DNA of 64,000 bases from Chiloscyllium plagiosum (lineage: Eukaryota). The notes under the pieces were generated by a model. It did not search any database. It saw only the letters and a list, made by a program, of their open reading frames with translations, and was not told the origin of the DNA. Both the position numbers and the translations under genes were made by a program. Of this stretch, positions 13,055-26,234 are shown piece by piece; the stretch's first letter is position 1, and each line of letters starts with the position of its first letter. The stretch covers positions 34,800,723-34,864,722 of the forward strand of contig NC_057718.1 of assembly GCF_004010195.1 (NCBI RefSeq). The letters are read 5' to 3'.

Positions 13055-13732
13055 ACAGAGGGATCTTGGGGTTCAAGTCTATAGGTCCCTGAACATGACC
13101 GTTCAAGTAGATAGGGTGGTAAAGAAGACTTATGGCATGTTTGCCTTTATTAGTCAGGGCAAAGACTACCAAAGTGGGGATGTCATGTTGCAGCTTTATA
13201 AGACTTTGGTTAGGCAGCACTTAGAGTATTACATTCAATTCTGGTCACCAATTTAAAGGAAGGAGGCTTTGGAGAGTGCAGAAGGGGTTCACCAGGATGC
13301 TGTCTGGATTAGAGGGTATGAGCACAAGGAGAAGCTAGAAGATTTAGGGTTATTTCCTCTGGAGCAGGGGAGGCTGAGGGGAGACTTGATAGAAGACTAT
13401 AAAATTATGAAATGTATTGATAGGGTTGATAGTTAGAATCATTTTCCCAGAGATGAAATATCTAACACAAAGGACCATGCATTTAAGGTGAGAGGAGGAA
13501 AGTTCAAAGGAAATATCAGGAGGAAATGTTTTGCATAGGGAGTGGTAGGTGTCTGGCGGAGGCAGATATGATAGGGACATTTAAGGGGTTTTTTGATAAA
13601 CACATGAATATGCAAGGGATGGAGGGATATGGACCAAGGACAGCAGAAAGGATTAGTTTAATTTGGCATCATGTTCAGTACAAAATTGTGGGCTGAAGGG
13701 TCTGTGCTGTGCTATAGTGTTTTATGTTCTAA
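13055..13732 (+). mobile_element. 5'-truncated CR1
   Basis: QRDLGVQV, LYKTLVRQHLEYYIQFWSP and LRGDLIE motifs followed by a 3' tail. Confidence 0.9.
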
Positions 13733-16519
13733 GTCTAACACTATCTTCTCATTGTTCACAATTACATTCAGATTTTGCACCACCTACAAGTTTTGAAATT
13801 CTGCTCTGCATACCCAAGTCATCGTCATTAATATCTTTTACTCCATATTCAAACACCAGGATCTCATTCTGGCAATCAAAACTCCTGATTAATTCCTCCT
13901 CCAATACAAAACTACTGGGTCCAGTTGTGCAGCACATCCACCATAGCCTGAGGTGAGCGAATTCAATTCAGAACTTGGGTCAAACTTGAAATCCTTCTCA
14001 TTAGTATGGCTCAATCAATCCCAGAATAAAAATGTTGAGCATTGGCGGGCCTAAGACATGGTGTTAATTTTCCATTCCTAGAATGTGGCCATTGTTGGTA
14101 GGGTTGGGTTTAATTGCATATCCCTAATTGTCCCAATATTTTGGTACACAATGCTGTTTCACAAAGGGCAGTCAATATTATTTGTTTGTGGTGCATAGAA
14201 GCTTGCTTATTTGTTTAACAATTCATTCAGCCTTAGAATTCTCTGAAACCCCTCAATCAGCTTCTCCAACTTCCTCTCCATCTTTGAGGCCACCCTAACC
14301 CCCCAGCACTTCAACTACAGTTTTTGCCATTATTGCTCCTATTACCCCTTTCAACATTGAATTTTTATGCTACATGGAGCAATGTGGAAGTTTGCCTAAG
14401 TCAATGTTGTTACATAAGTTCAAGTTATTTTTACTGTATTGAAATCTGCAGAATCATTTCCTAATCTGGATTGAGTTGACTGATCTAAGCCAAGTCAACA
14501 ATATGAGTACCACAGATGGTTATAGTACCCCTTTGCTATGGCTTGAAAGCAACTTATCTAAGTTTTTACTTCTATTTGGTGTCCAATGACTCCTGCTAGA
14601 GAGCTAGTATGCTTTGAAGAGTGACCATTTGGTGAGGTACACAGCATCCATTAAACTATACTGCCAAAGCAATTGGTAACATTAGAGAGACAGTAAGGTG
14701 AAAACTGGTCAATATGCAAAGCAAACTGTTGTTTATTTTCAGCTAAAGGTTCTATTCGAACTGACATCTTGAAATATATAAGTTCAAATGTGTGTGTGAC
14801 ATCAAAGAAATATGATTAGCGTATGTATAATCACATTGTAAATCTTTAAAACATGTTCAAAGAAAACAATAAATGTCTGAAAACAGAATTTTATTGCTTC
14901 TTCCAGAATTTCACACTAGATTAGAACTAATCGGTAAAGGAGTGCAAGAGTTGTATATTTCACCTTTTTGAGTTGGAGTTAGTTTGTCTTCTCATATAGT
15001 TGTGCTATATCATCTGTGTATTTGAATATCAATGGACTTGCAAGCATAGTTGTGGTATTGGAAACCTGCACTACAAAAAGCTGGTGAAGTTTGAATGTCA
15101 CACTCATTTGTGTCCTTTCCTGTGTTGCTTGCCATTGGAAAGACAATATTTACTGATTTCATAACTCACCAATTGATCTGACATTAGGGATATGTGTACA
15201 AAATATATAACACTGAAAAGGCTGGTTCAAATTTTATTAAATGTTTTTGATCTTGTGACTCACTGCAATTGTGACAAAAATCTCATTGAACTGAAAACAA
15301 AGCTGCATTAATCTACAAGACGTGTGAGATGTTCGATCAGCTCCATGAAACTTGCTCAATGATATTTCTGACAACTGATATGGGTGCCCTGATACAGGTA
15401 TTCATGCAGATCTGACTACAGACAATGAATTATTGCCATTCTTTCGAATAAGGAACTGAGATAATTGTCAAAGATAACACATATTTTTAGAAGGGAAAAC
15501 AAGATTTGCTTCATGAGTTTAACTATAGAATGGTATTTACTTCAATCACTTCACTGCAAAGCATGAATTGTGACCCTGGACCCCAAATAGTTAGGTACTA
15601 TACCATGGTCTGTAAAGCATTACAAATGGCCATCTTGACAAACAGTTCTTGACAAACAAGGAGGACATAAAGCTTAATGAGCGGAATCAAAAATCCTGAG
15701 GGACTCAACACTGAGCGGGTTAATGAGTGGGTTCATTTGGTACAACTGCTGAGCTGCTAAGCACTCTGAGAAACGCTTTGAAGTGAACTGTCAAATGTCT
15801 AGCAAAGGAAAGCTTTTCACAGAAGGATAAAGAACATAGCAGAAGCTGAACTGTCTTGGCACCACACCTTAACACCACGTTTACACCTATTGGCATTTGG
15901 CTGGCATCGCTTAACTACTCGGCACAGCTGAGTTAGCGTTGTAGATAGAATGATCCAGTATCAAAGAACAAACAAGCCAATGTGTGACTTCCTAGTGCCT
16001 GTAACATAAGCCAACAGCCATTTTTAGAACAGGAATTTTCTTCTTAGCATAAGCCATTTAAATGTTAAAGGATACCCATTAAAAAGATACCCATTTGGAT
16101 AAATTCATTTCATAAATTGTTAAAATATATTATGTTATGAGATCCAGTTGTAAAAGAGATCGACAATTGCAGCATGATGAAGCGATTGCTTCTGCAAATC
16201 AGTTTTAAGCCTTACAAAAATTATATGCAACCCAGATCACACTGCATCGCATTACTATACATAAAGGTAACACATAGGCCTTATGAGAAAATAGTTGCCC
16301 AAGTTGAATCACAGTAGAAACTGCAGGAAATATACATTACATCGTCTGAGAAAGGGTGACGATTTATTAGAAATAGTTGTTAGAACTTCATGTATTGCAA
16401 ATTCTCTCTGGTGTGACAATGACTGCACTTTGAATGGGCTCCATTAGTTTTGAAGTGCTTCAGGATGTCTCAAAGTCCTGAAAAGCACTGTATAAATGAA
16501 AGTTCCATCATCAACCTTA

Positions 16520-16690
16520 TAGACCAGGTTAGTCCCAGGTTTATTTTAGCTTTCTGAGCGATGGCAGTAGATGGGACATTTATAATTGATCCGCCACTAC
16601 CCATTCCGTCAGATTTTAGGTAAAATTATTCAAGAATCCCATTCCGAATTGTTATCCAGTGACCCCTGCTGGAAAGTGAACAGACATAAA
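16520..16690 (+). mobile_element. Ancient SINE remnant (AmnSINE2-like); related decayed copy at ~14460-14630
   Basis: TATCCAGTGACCCCTGCTGGAAAGTG core recalled from ancient vertebrate SINEs. Confidence 0.45.
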
Positions 16691-17994
16691 CATCAAAGGA
16701 GGACAGCAGAAGACGACGTAGCTGTTGCACTTCTGTCTTCATGTCCAGAAAGTCTGCCAAAATGCATTGCCAAGCTTTATGATAGTCACTTGGATGAAGT
16801 ATGGGAGGAAAACAAACACCATGGAATCAAATCATAGCCCGGTGTCTTTGGGAGCAGAAGAGCCACATGTGGATGAAAAAGCAAAAAAGTTAAAACAAAA
16901 ACTTCACACAATGGATTTCTGATAAATAGATACTTCACTGAAGCACCAGATCATAAAATACTAAATCACTTCCTATTGACTAATGGTATAGAATATCGTA
17001 TCCAAACATAACAATTAAACAGTTGTTGATTCAAGTATAGGTAACAGACAATTACCATTTTGTTTTTAAGAAAAAGCTTGGCATCCACATCCAGTTGCTG
17101 CATCTAAATCCAAGCGGCCTCTAAAATGGGATATCTTTTAAAAAAACATATGTAAAACAGGATTTCATTAAATGCTCTCTCCTGTTTTCTCTACGGATTG
17201 AATTGCAGAACAGGCTGCGGCGGAAAAAAGAAGAATGCTTGCCAACTTTTTTTTAACTGCAGTTGTTAGAAATCTTGATCCAAGCACAATCCTGACTCAG
17301 GCCCAACATTTCTTGGCAAAGTGATTTGTGAATTTAACAGAACTGGAATGGACTTTGGGAATTGCTTCTCCGTGTTGTTGCTGATAGAAAGCACACTTGG
17401 TACCAGCTGGGGTGGATGGTGTCAGTTTTGTGTTCCTAAACCCCCCACAGCCCCCACAGATTAAAGGCTGAGTACAAGTCCTGAGAACTCAAAGGTTGAA
17501 ATTGGTGACCCCAGTGGGGGCTGGGGAAGGTGTCAGCCTCATGTGACAGACTCCCAGGGCTCAAACTCAAGATTGTGGGTTGATTGATTTTAGAAAGTGC
17601 CTTGCTCAGTGAATGGAGTTTGATTTTATGCATTTCTCCTTAAAATGTGCAACCATTAAAATGTAGTCCTTTCATTTTAGCGGCAACAGGCTGTTGAGAA
17701 AAATAAACCCCCTTTTTTGGATTTTAGTTGTTGCTCAATTGATGTCTGATACTGCCATCTTCTGTCAACGATTGAAACTGCAGCTTGCTGTTCACCACGA
17801 GGCAAAGGCAGTTTTCACAAAGAAGTGAAACAACTTTTATGGGCCATTCAGTGAAGGAAGGGAGACTTGGTATGGGAGTTGGAGTTCGTGGTGGAGTTGG
17901 AGAAGGGTGAAGAGAAGTTGTTTGTTGGCATTTTAGAAATCTGAAAATATCCTTATTTATTTGAGTGAGCTGCTCAAACCTCATGCCAGAATTC

Positions 17995-18740
17995 AGACAT
18001 AGCAACTCAGAAGGTAGGCCATTCAGCCCTTCAAGTCTGTTCCACCTTTTGATATGATCATGGCAGATCATCCAGCTCTGTACCCTGTTCCTGCTTTCTC
18101 CCCATACCTTCCATCGATTTAGGCCAGGGATTCTGCCTTAATCCCTGAAAACATTCAATGTTTTGGCCTCAACTGCTTTCTGTGGCAGAGAATTCCACGG
18201 ACTCACCACTCTCTGGGTGCAGAAATTTCTCCTCAACTCAGACCGAAATGGCCTACTCCGTATCCTTAGATTGTGACCACTGATTGTGACTCTCCTTTCA
18301 TCCTTTCTGCATTTATCCTGTTTATCCTGTTAGAATTTGATAGGTTTCTATGAGATACCCCTCATTTTTTTCTAAAATCCAGTGAACATAGTCCTGACTG
18401 ATCCCATCTCTCTTCATACATCGGTCCTGCCATCCCAGGAATCAGTCAGGTTGCTGCATCCCCTCGATAGCCAGAACGTTCTTCCTGAGGTGAAGAGACC
18501 AAAACTGCACACAATACTCCAAGTGTGGTCTCACCAATGACTTGTGCAATTGCAGCAAGACTGCTCCTGTACTTGAATCTTCTCGCCGTGAAGGCCAACA
18601 TACCATTTGCGTTCTTCACTGCCTGATGCACCAACACACTTACTTTCAGTGACTGTTGTACAAGGACATCCAGGTCTTGTTACACCTACACCTTTCCCAA
18701 TCTGCTACTAATCAGGTAATAATCTTCCTTCCTGTTTTTC
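17995..18740 (-). mobile_element. CR1 3' portion
   Basis: AVKNANGMLAFTARRFKYRS on the minus strand. Tail GTAGGCCATTCAGCCCTTCAAGTCTG. Confidence 0.85.
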
Positions 18741-19670
18741 GATCTGAGCTGGGGGTGTTGGGCAATTAGAAATTTTGGTTTCTAATTCAATAATCTTATC
18801 ATATACATGGACTTACCCCAAACTTACAAATGATGTAATTGAACAAGCAGCAAAAATCAAATTATTCCACAATACAAACACTAATGATCAAAGAAATGGA
18901 CTTTTACTGACACTGTTAGAGCAGACAGTGTTTAACCTGTTCAAAAAACTTTTAAAACCATCAGCTATGTACTGAATATGAGGTTGGACACAGCAATTGA
19001 AATTTCACAGTCCACTATATTTTGTTAATTATTAAATGTGGCTGTTTCAGGGAATATTAATTAAATCTTGAAATTAATATAATTTGATCTGTTGAACATC
19101 TGGTATCAACTGTGTTGAAAAACATCTGCGTCTCTCTGCATGTTGGCTCGGTGTCAATTTTTTGTCTGATATCACCATGGAACATTTTGCTACATTAAGG
19201 TGCTACATAAATTCAAGTCATTGACACTAAAGCTGGCCTAGTGACATGTTCTTTTAGTCGTTGTGTCAAATGCAGCTAAAAAATATTGCAGGTCCATAGA
19301 ACATTCAACATTGAAGGATATTATTTGGCCCATCATTCCCTGGACTGGTGCTGACTCATGTTGCAGCTATGTACTGTAATCTGAATTCCTTCTTATTTCA
19401 CATTGTTCTTGGTATTTTTGTTTGTGGTAACTGCACTGTTGTAGTTGGAAAGTGAAAGGCAAAGCATCAGGTTGCTGTTGGCCTTGTGTTTTCGGGCAGA
19501 TTTGTGACCCATATTGTTCTACAGTGACAGTGAACCTGGTTAGTGATAATGTCACAGTGCTAATAACATCCATTGTTCCAATTATGAGCTTCACAAGATT
19601 GCTATGTTTTGGGATTGCGTCTTTAATTTAGGATAAAATGAAAGGGTCATGTGATTTGTTCTAAAACTTA

Positions 19671-20624
19671 TGTTACAACAAGCATCTGTGAAGGGACCCT
19701 GAAATTTAAAGGAAACCCAAGATTGTTTATTTGGTGAAAAGTTGTAAGATATTCATGCTTGGAAACAATGGCCACAATGTTTAGGCTAGGAGTCTTCAAG
19801 GAATTCGAAGTCCCACGAAAATACTGAGAATGAACCACCTGATGAAGGAGCACTGCTACAAAAGCTAGTGCTTCCAAATAAACCTATTAGGCTATAAACC
19901 TGATGTTGTGTGATTTTTAACTTTGTAAACAGTTACATTTTAATCTATTCATTTAATTTCAAGATACAATAGAATTCAGGTCAAAAGAATAGTTTATTAG
20001 CATTTATACATGGATACAAGGTCCAAGTGATTCACATTAGCATGTAGTTAAGTTTTGAGAGAGGAAGATTTTCTTAAGATATCTATGAGACTCACAGACG
20101 CAGGCAATCTACCAAGATCCAGAGGTCAGGCAAAACTCAAGGCCGAAAATCTTTGTTTTGTTGTGCATAAATGTGGGTGGAATCTTGGATTAAAAAGACC
20201 AAATTTATGAAGAGTTAGAACAAGGCTGAAAGATTTGTCTAGCTTGTGTGAGAGACAGAATTGTGAGGAACCTCTCTAACATATAGGATAGTTCTAGACT
20301 TAAGAATTGCCAGATTGAGAAAAGAGAAGAATGGAGTAAATATTTGGAAGTTAAGTCCAACTTGGACTTGTTCAGGAAAATTAAATGACTACTTAAAGGA
20401 CTTGTAAAGTGATCACTTCTCCAAATGTTCCAGAAATAAAATGGGAAAGCTCGGTTGTGTGATTTATCAAATAGATTGCTTGTGAATATAGTGTGCAGTA
20501 ATGATTTAAGTTTTTTGCTTTAGAAAAAGGCTTCAAATGTGATATTTTGTCATGTCATCCATTCAGCTTTTAACAAGAAGTTCAATTCTTTAAAAACTTA
20601 TCAGTCTCTACAGGAATCACAACA
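19671..20624. mobile_element. Possible old solo LTR containing a Penelope fragment (19836-19925)
   Basis: Ends TGTTACAA...TCACAACA resemble a CpG-decayed TGTTACGA...TCGTAACA. Flanks CTTA and CTCT match only 2 of 4 bases. Confidence 0.35.
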
Positions 20625-23079
20625 CTCTGATTATGTATAGGATTTGTGTACCTAACTGACATCGGTAAGTATGGTTTAATGGTCTAGTGATGTGAATAGA
20701 CCATTGCTATATTGATGATTGTGTCCATAATTCCCATAGTTGTCTATCTACGCAAAAAGGTAGTCCAAAGCAAGCACATGTCCAATCCTAAATTAAAAGT
20801 CATTCATGTTCCTTATGGTTTAGTGGTTGATGAATGTGCTGCAAGTAAAATTTACACTGTGTTCAACCATAAATCACTCTCGGTGGATAATGTAGCAACA
20901 GAATTATGAACAAGGTTAATAGTATTTTGTGAATCATTAAATGCTATGCAATGTAATAGTGCTGACCAATGTTTGTTCTCCTTTTGTCTCTGAATAATTC
21001 ATTTGTTTTCTTGTCTGTTTTTGAAGGTGCTTACTTGTTGACTTAGACCATAGGCTAAGCAGTGGGGATGTTATCAGTCACCGTCCATTATCAAAGTGGA
21101 TAATATTGATAGCCTATTTGATGCAGAGTGGCAGCACAGCGAAACCCAAACAGTTTCTCCTCCTCTACTTGATCCCAACACCCCCACAACCCATTGAATT
21201 TTTAACAGTGTTACTGGAACCTTGATTTATTTCCTGTGCTTGGTACAGGGATGTTGAGGCCAGTGCTGACAACCTGACTGGTACCACTGTTATGATCAAC
21301 TGAACTGTGCATAATGTGTGAGCAAACCTTGGGTGCCTCTGCAACTCTCACCTCATGAATTAATCACTTCCAGGAGGGTGTCAGTAAAAAATCTATTTAA
21401 CCACATATACCAACTACTCAACTCAAAACTATTCGAACATTTGGATTTGAATGACATTTAGTTCCCAGAACCTTGGCAATCATTTGTTCATTGTGTCAGA
21501 AAAACCCAAGGCCACGTGGATTATTTTTAATTGACTTTCAGGGTATCTATTATTCCACCTGTAAACATGTCTGACATCTCAGTAATACTGCACAGGAACA
21601 ACATGCAACATCGAATAACAGGGTGACACTGCTTGTTAAAAGGGAATCAAGACTTATTTGCATTGAGGCTAAGAGGAGGACAAGTATCACATTTCTATTT
21701 CTGAAGCTTGCTATTTTGCTAACAAGAAGCAACATGGACTAATTTATACTGAGATTATCAAATAGCCACCTCTGCATCATACATTGGAATTATTTTATTT
21801 GCACAGAGCTTTCCTTTTCTCACATTTCCCCTTATATGGCATCGTCAGGCCAATCGTACAACAATGGATCCCTCTACTGGCCAAAGGAGCTGCCAGCCAG
21901 GCCTGCCAAGGTTTCAAGTGTTTGCCACAGACACCAAGAAGACAAAATTTTACTCTGTATGTGTAGAGAGGGATAAATCTCCAGCATATCAGCATTCTTT
22001 GGCTCTGAAGGTTTAAGATTCAAAACCTTCCCGTCCAAAGTTTGAATCTTACTCAATGGCACAAATGTCAAAATTGCAGTGGTGTTTTTGACTGCCTTCT
22101 GGTGCCTATAATGTATAGAACATGAAATTGCTTTTTGATGACTCTAAATCCCATTTTACTGTACTCTCACGACATCTGCTGATCTAATCTTTTTGCCAAA
22201 AATACATTGAAATGTTCTATTACTTGATCTAATGTTGAATTCCATTGCATTCCTTGTGTCCTACATTATCACATGCAATGTACACCTTTAAGCAGAATAG
22301 TCGACAATTACATAGTATGGAGAAGTACTGATTATCAGAATTGAGGTTAAAGGATAACTCTACCTATGATAAAGGCCAGGGTAATAACCACAGTTTCAGT
22401 TTGTATTACACAGATTAATGTGTAGCTCCATTACAAGGCTGTTTCTCTGCAGCACCTCATTTATCAGGAAAAAAAAACATGTTGCAATCAAAAACCAATG
22501 TATTCTGAGGACACAGATAAAAAAAACAGACCCGGCAGAAGAGTTCAGGGAAGGAATTCTAGAGAGTGGCAACGAGCCAGCTGAAGTCCCAGTCATTAAG
22601 AAAAGGTGTAGGGTAGAAAAACAAAGAGTTGAATCAGAGGACGAAATGGTGTAATGAAATTATAATGCTGGAGGACATTGCAATAATTGGATGAGGCAAG
22701 GCCATGGAAGAATTTCAAGGCAAGGGCAAAAATTAAATTTGGTATGTTCAATACACAGGCCCAATGCTGTAGCATTGATCGGCAAGTGGGTTTGCTGCTG
22801 AACAAAATCTGAGGAGTTGTGTTTGGACAAGTCAGATGTTTTGGAGGAGAGGCCAGAATTAAAGTAAATAGAGCAATTAGTCTCAAGATTGGCAAAGAAA
22901 ATTGATAAGGATTTAGGCAGCAGTCAGTCCGAGTTAGAATCAAAGAATGGTCATGCAGATTTGAAATAAGTAACTCTGGTGAAGGGACAGGTATCAACAC
23001 TGCACACCTGTCCAGTTCTGTCTAAGAGAAAGGTAAGTGACACAGCAGCTGGGAAGCCGAGAAAATGGTAAAGCAGGAC

Positions 23080-23410
23080 ATGATGGCATAATGTGGTGAT
23101 GTCATTGGACTAATAATCCAGAAGGCACAGATGTTTAATATTCTCGGTGGGTTCAAGGGCTCAAATCTCATGAAGGCAACTGGTTGAACTTAAATTCAAC
23201 CATCAAAACTGGAATGTAAGGCTACTCTCAGAGATAGTGATTATGAATTGTTGTAAAAATCAAGTTGGTTCAGGTATGCTCTTCAGTGAAAGAGATTCCC
23301 TGGGGCAGGCTTGCACGTGATTCCAGATCCACAGCAATGAAGTTGACTAAGCAAACCAATCAGGCAGTGGCAGCAAATTCTCCAGGTAGCCATCTTGCCA
23401 CCTACCTCAC
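23080..23410 (+). mobile_element. Old tRNA-derived SINE; second copy at ~33800-34160
   Basis: Both copies share GTGGT.AT.T.A.TGGA.TA.AAT.CCA, GG..AACTGG.GAA.TT.AATTCAA and GTGA.TCCAGA..CA..G.AAT blocks. Confidence 0.55.
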
Positions 23411-24342
23411 AAGCTATCAGAAATTTAGTTGGGAAGGAGGGTGGTGGTGGTAGGTAAGGCCTAGTGCAGCCTGTCCATCCTTGCCCCAGTTGAGACCATT
23501 TGACCATGAAGGCCAATGGCAGAAAGATAGAGTTGGGATGGAGTGATCCACAAGTTAGCTTGTGTCAGGCTTGGACTTAAAAACAGGAATTTGCAGGAGG
23601 GTCCCTCTCTCACCTATCAGCTGTTTTCATTGCTCACATCCCCTTGGTCCTATACATCAAGCTCTGCCACTTCAAGTGCTCCCTTCTCCTTTGGCCTTTC
23701 CAACTTGACAAGATAATGTTGGAATTAAAACTGAAATACATCAACATTATCAGGCATGATCTGGGGAGAGACAAAAACAGAGCTATTATTTCAGGTGAAG
23801 AAGTTCTCATCGGAACTGGAAAACGTGGGCGGAAGGAAAGAAGAATAAGATGTCAAGTGAGGCAAACAGTGTGAAACAAAAGGGAGAGGTGATGAGGCAA
23901 ATAGAGAAACAAAATGTGCGTCTAGAAGAGATATAAACAGGAATAAGAGAATCATTGCTAATAAATGCTGTCTAAAAACTGAATCAGTGGTTACGATCTG
24001 AAATTATTAAATTCAGTGTTGAGTCTGGAGGATTGTAAAGTGCCTTATTAAAAGATAAGCTGCTGATCTGTGAGTTTTCATTGAGATTCATTAAAGCAGT
24101 GCAGGAGGCTGAGAACAGAGATGTTAGTGTGACGGCAGCAGTGAATTAAATTGGTAACTGATTGAAAGCCCAGGTCAACCTGCAGCATGCGTGGATGGAA
24201 AACCAATGCCTATTCTACATTTGATCTCTCCAATATTGAAGAGACAATCTCACATGCAGCAAATACAGTATGTGAAATAAAAATAAGTACAGGTTAATCA
24301 CTGTTTCACATGGAAGGAGCGTCTGGGTTCTTGGAGAGTGGA

Positions 24343-24561
24343 GCTGAAAATGTGTTGCTGGAAAAGCGCAGCAGGTCAGGCAGCATCCAGGGAACAGGAG
24401 AATCGACGTTTCGGGCATAAGCCCTTCTTCAGGAATCTGAAGAAGGGCTTATGCCCGAAACGTCGATTCTCCTGTTCCCTGGACGCTGCCTGACCTGCTG
24501 CGCTTTTCCAGCAACACATTTTCAGCTCTGATCTCCAGCATCTGCAGACCTCACTTTCTCC
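24343..24561. mobile_element. Young fold-back Penelope-derived element (family 1), 92-bp stem, 14-bp TSD
   Basis: Arms 24341-24432 and 24437-24528 with one mismatch and a 4-nt loop. TSD TCTTGGAGAGTGGA at 24329-24342 and 24562-24575. Confidence 0.9.
24437..24465 (+). ncRNA. Minimal hammerhead ribozyme core (Penelope type)
   Basis: CUGAAGA-A-GGGC-UUAU-GCCC-GAAA-CGUC gives the CUGANGA box, stem II, GAAA box and a GUC site with an ACGU palindrome. Confidence 0.7.
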
Positions 24562-26234
24562 TCTTGGAGAGTGGAACAAAGGAAGCTAAACGGGCAGACT
24601 GTGTGGTACTAGACAATAATGCAGATTGACAGTGCATGAGGAAGTCTTGCTTTCTTCTGCCTTAAGCTTATGGAGCTGTATGGTCAATTGAAGAATTCAA
24701 GAGGGAACGGGATTATTATGTGAAAAGGAAGGAGGGGCAGGTCTATGGGGAGATGGTGGGGGAATGGCATTAGCTACATTGTTTATTTAGAGAGCTGGTG
24801 TAGACATGATGGGCCAAAAGACCTCCTGCTCTTCTGGTAACATTTCTGTGGCTCTTCTCTATGGGGAAATAAAGCAAAGAAGACTGAAGATCAAAACAAG
24901 AACAGCAAGCAATAGTACTGTCAGTGATGAAAAGAATAAAGTCTTAAAACCTGAGAAAATAGCCTTTACAGGAAACTGATTGGAGAATGTGTTAAGTCCA
25001 CCAATGTGACTGGTACCAAAAACATGACTATTTTGCCGATCAGTTCCAGAAGTGAAATTAAAAATTCTTAACAGAATTTAAATGTGAGGCCTCCTGAGGT
25101 TTACAATTATGTCTATCCTTTAATACACTAAGCAATTTCCCTAGATATGTATCAGTAAGAGCATCACATAGGATTAGTTGATTAAGCTTCCCAATATAGT
25201 GGAGAGTCAAGCATGCAAGAGGACTCAAACATTTAATGAGACCAAAATGAGAAGTTTCTTTCAAAAATGGGTTCCCATGCGATATTAAATGTAATCTTTT
25301 AAATACGTTCCACTTGTAAAGTTATACATATTGACATTTGTAATATCCCACTCCTCATTGAGTCCAGCAAAAGTGAGACAAAGAAAATCTCTTTTCGACT
25401 TTTGGAACAGCTACAAATAAACTGTAAAAATGCAGCAATTAGTTGACGGTGAGTTAATAGTGTCTAACATTGGCCTAAGAGAGGGCTTTATTTGTTGGCC
25501 ACACTGTTGGTTCAGGAGGTCAATTTCCAGTCTGAGTGCTATGTGAGCTCTTTTGTAACTGACAGCAGAAGGGAAGTGCTGTCCTCACGCAAAAAAGGCC
25601 AACTTCTGTGAGACTGACTGGGAGCTAGCAAGATAACATGCACTCACAGAAACAGGTCCATGTCAGAGGTGAGCACTACCTCCTGTGTGGACAGATCTAC
25701 TTCTGAGAAAGCTGCTGTGTCACATTGTGACCCATGTCTCCCTAAGAAATTAAAGGAAAATGAAAACTGCTTCCAGTAGATAATGGAATTATGGTTTAAC
25801 TTAAAGGAACTGAGAAAGCTAAAATTAAAGGAAAATGTCTCATTCTGCTTTTGTAGCAGATTGTCCGTCTTATTGACCTGGCTAAAAAATTCACAGCAAG
25901 GACCATTGAGAGATTCCTTTGTCTGAAATCTCCATGGGAGCTTTATAAAAGTCCTGCTGTAATTTTTGGAATGGCAAGACTGGCTGAATCAGCTGCTTAT
26001 ATTATTTCCCAGCTGGTTCCACTAGTACTTCTCTGTGGCATTTGGTGAAAGCCTGAATTCTCCATCAAATTTACAACAACCATTTGAGATTCTCAGAAAT
26101 GGCTCTGTGTATGCGTGTGTGTTTGTGTGCTTGTGTGCATATGTGTGTGCACACATGCGTGTGCGCACACTGTCAGCAATCAGTACAATTTTTAAAATCT
26201 GTCTTGATATTGGGTTCTATTCTCAGAAGGTTTG

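Larger units (their letters stand above)
11900..13850 (-). mobile_element. Old CR1 3' half hosting nested insertions
   Basis: LGLFSFVKRRLRG..IKLAKILKGTDKLD and SRISKLVGGAK on the minus strand. Split by HE1 (12278-12610) and a plus-strand CR1 (13055-13732). Confidence 0.7.

Noticed and set aside
26105..26170. Alternating purine-pyrimidine tract (also 39640-39672)
   Set aside because: Ordinary degenerate (TG/CA)n microsatellite.
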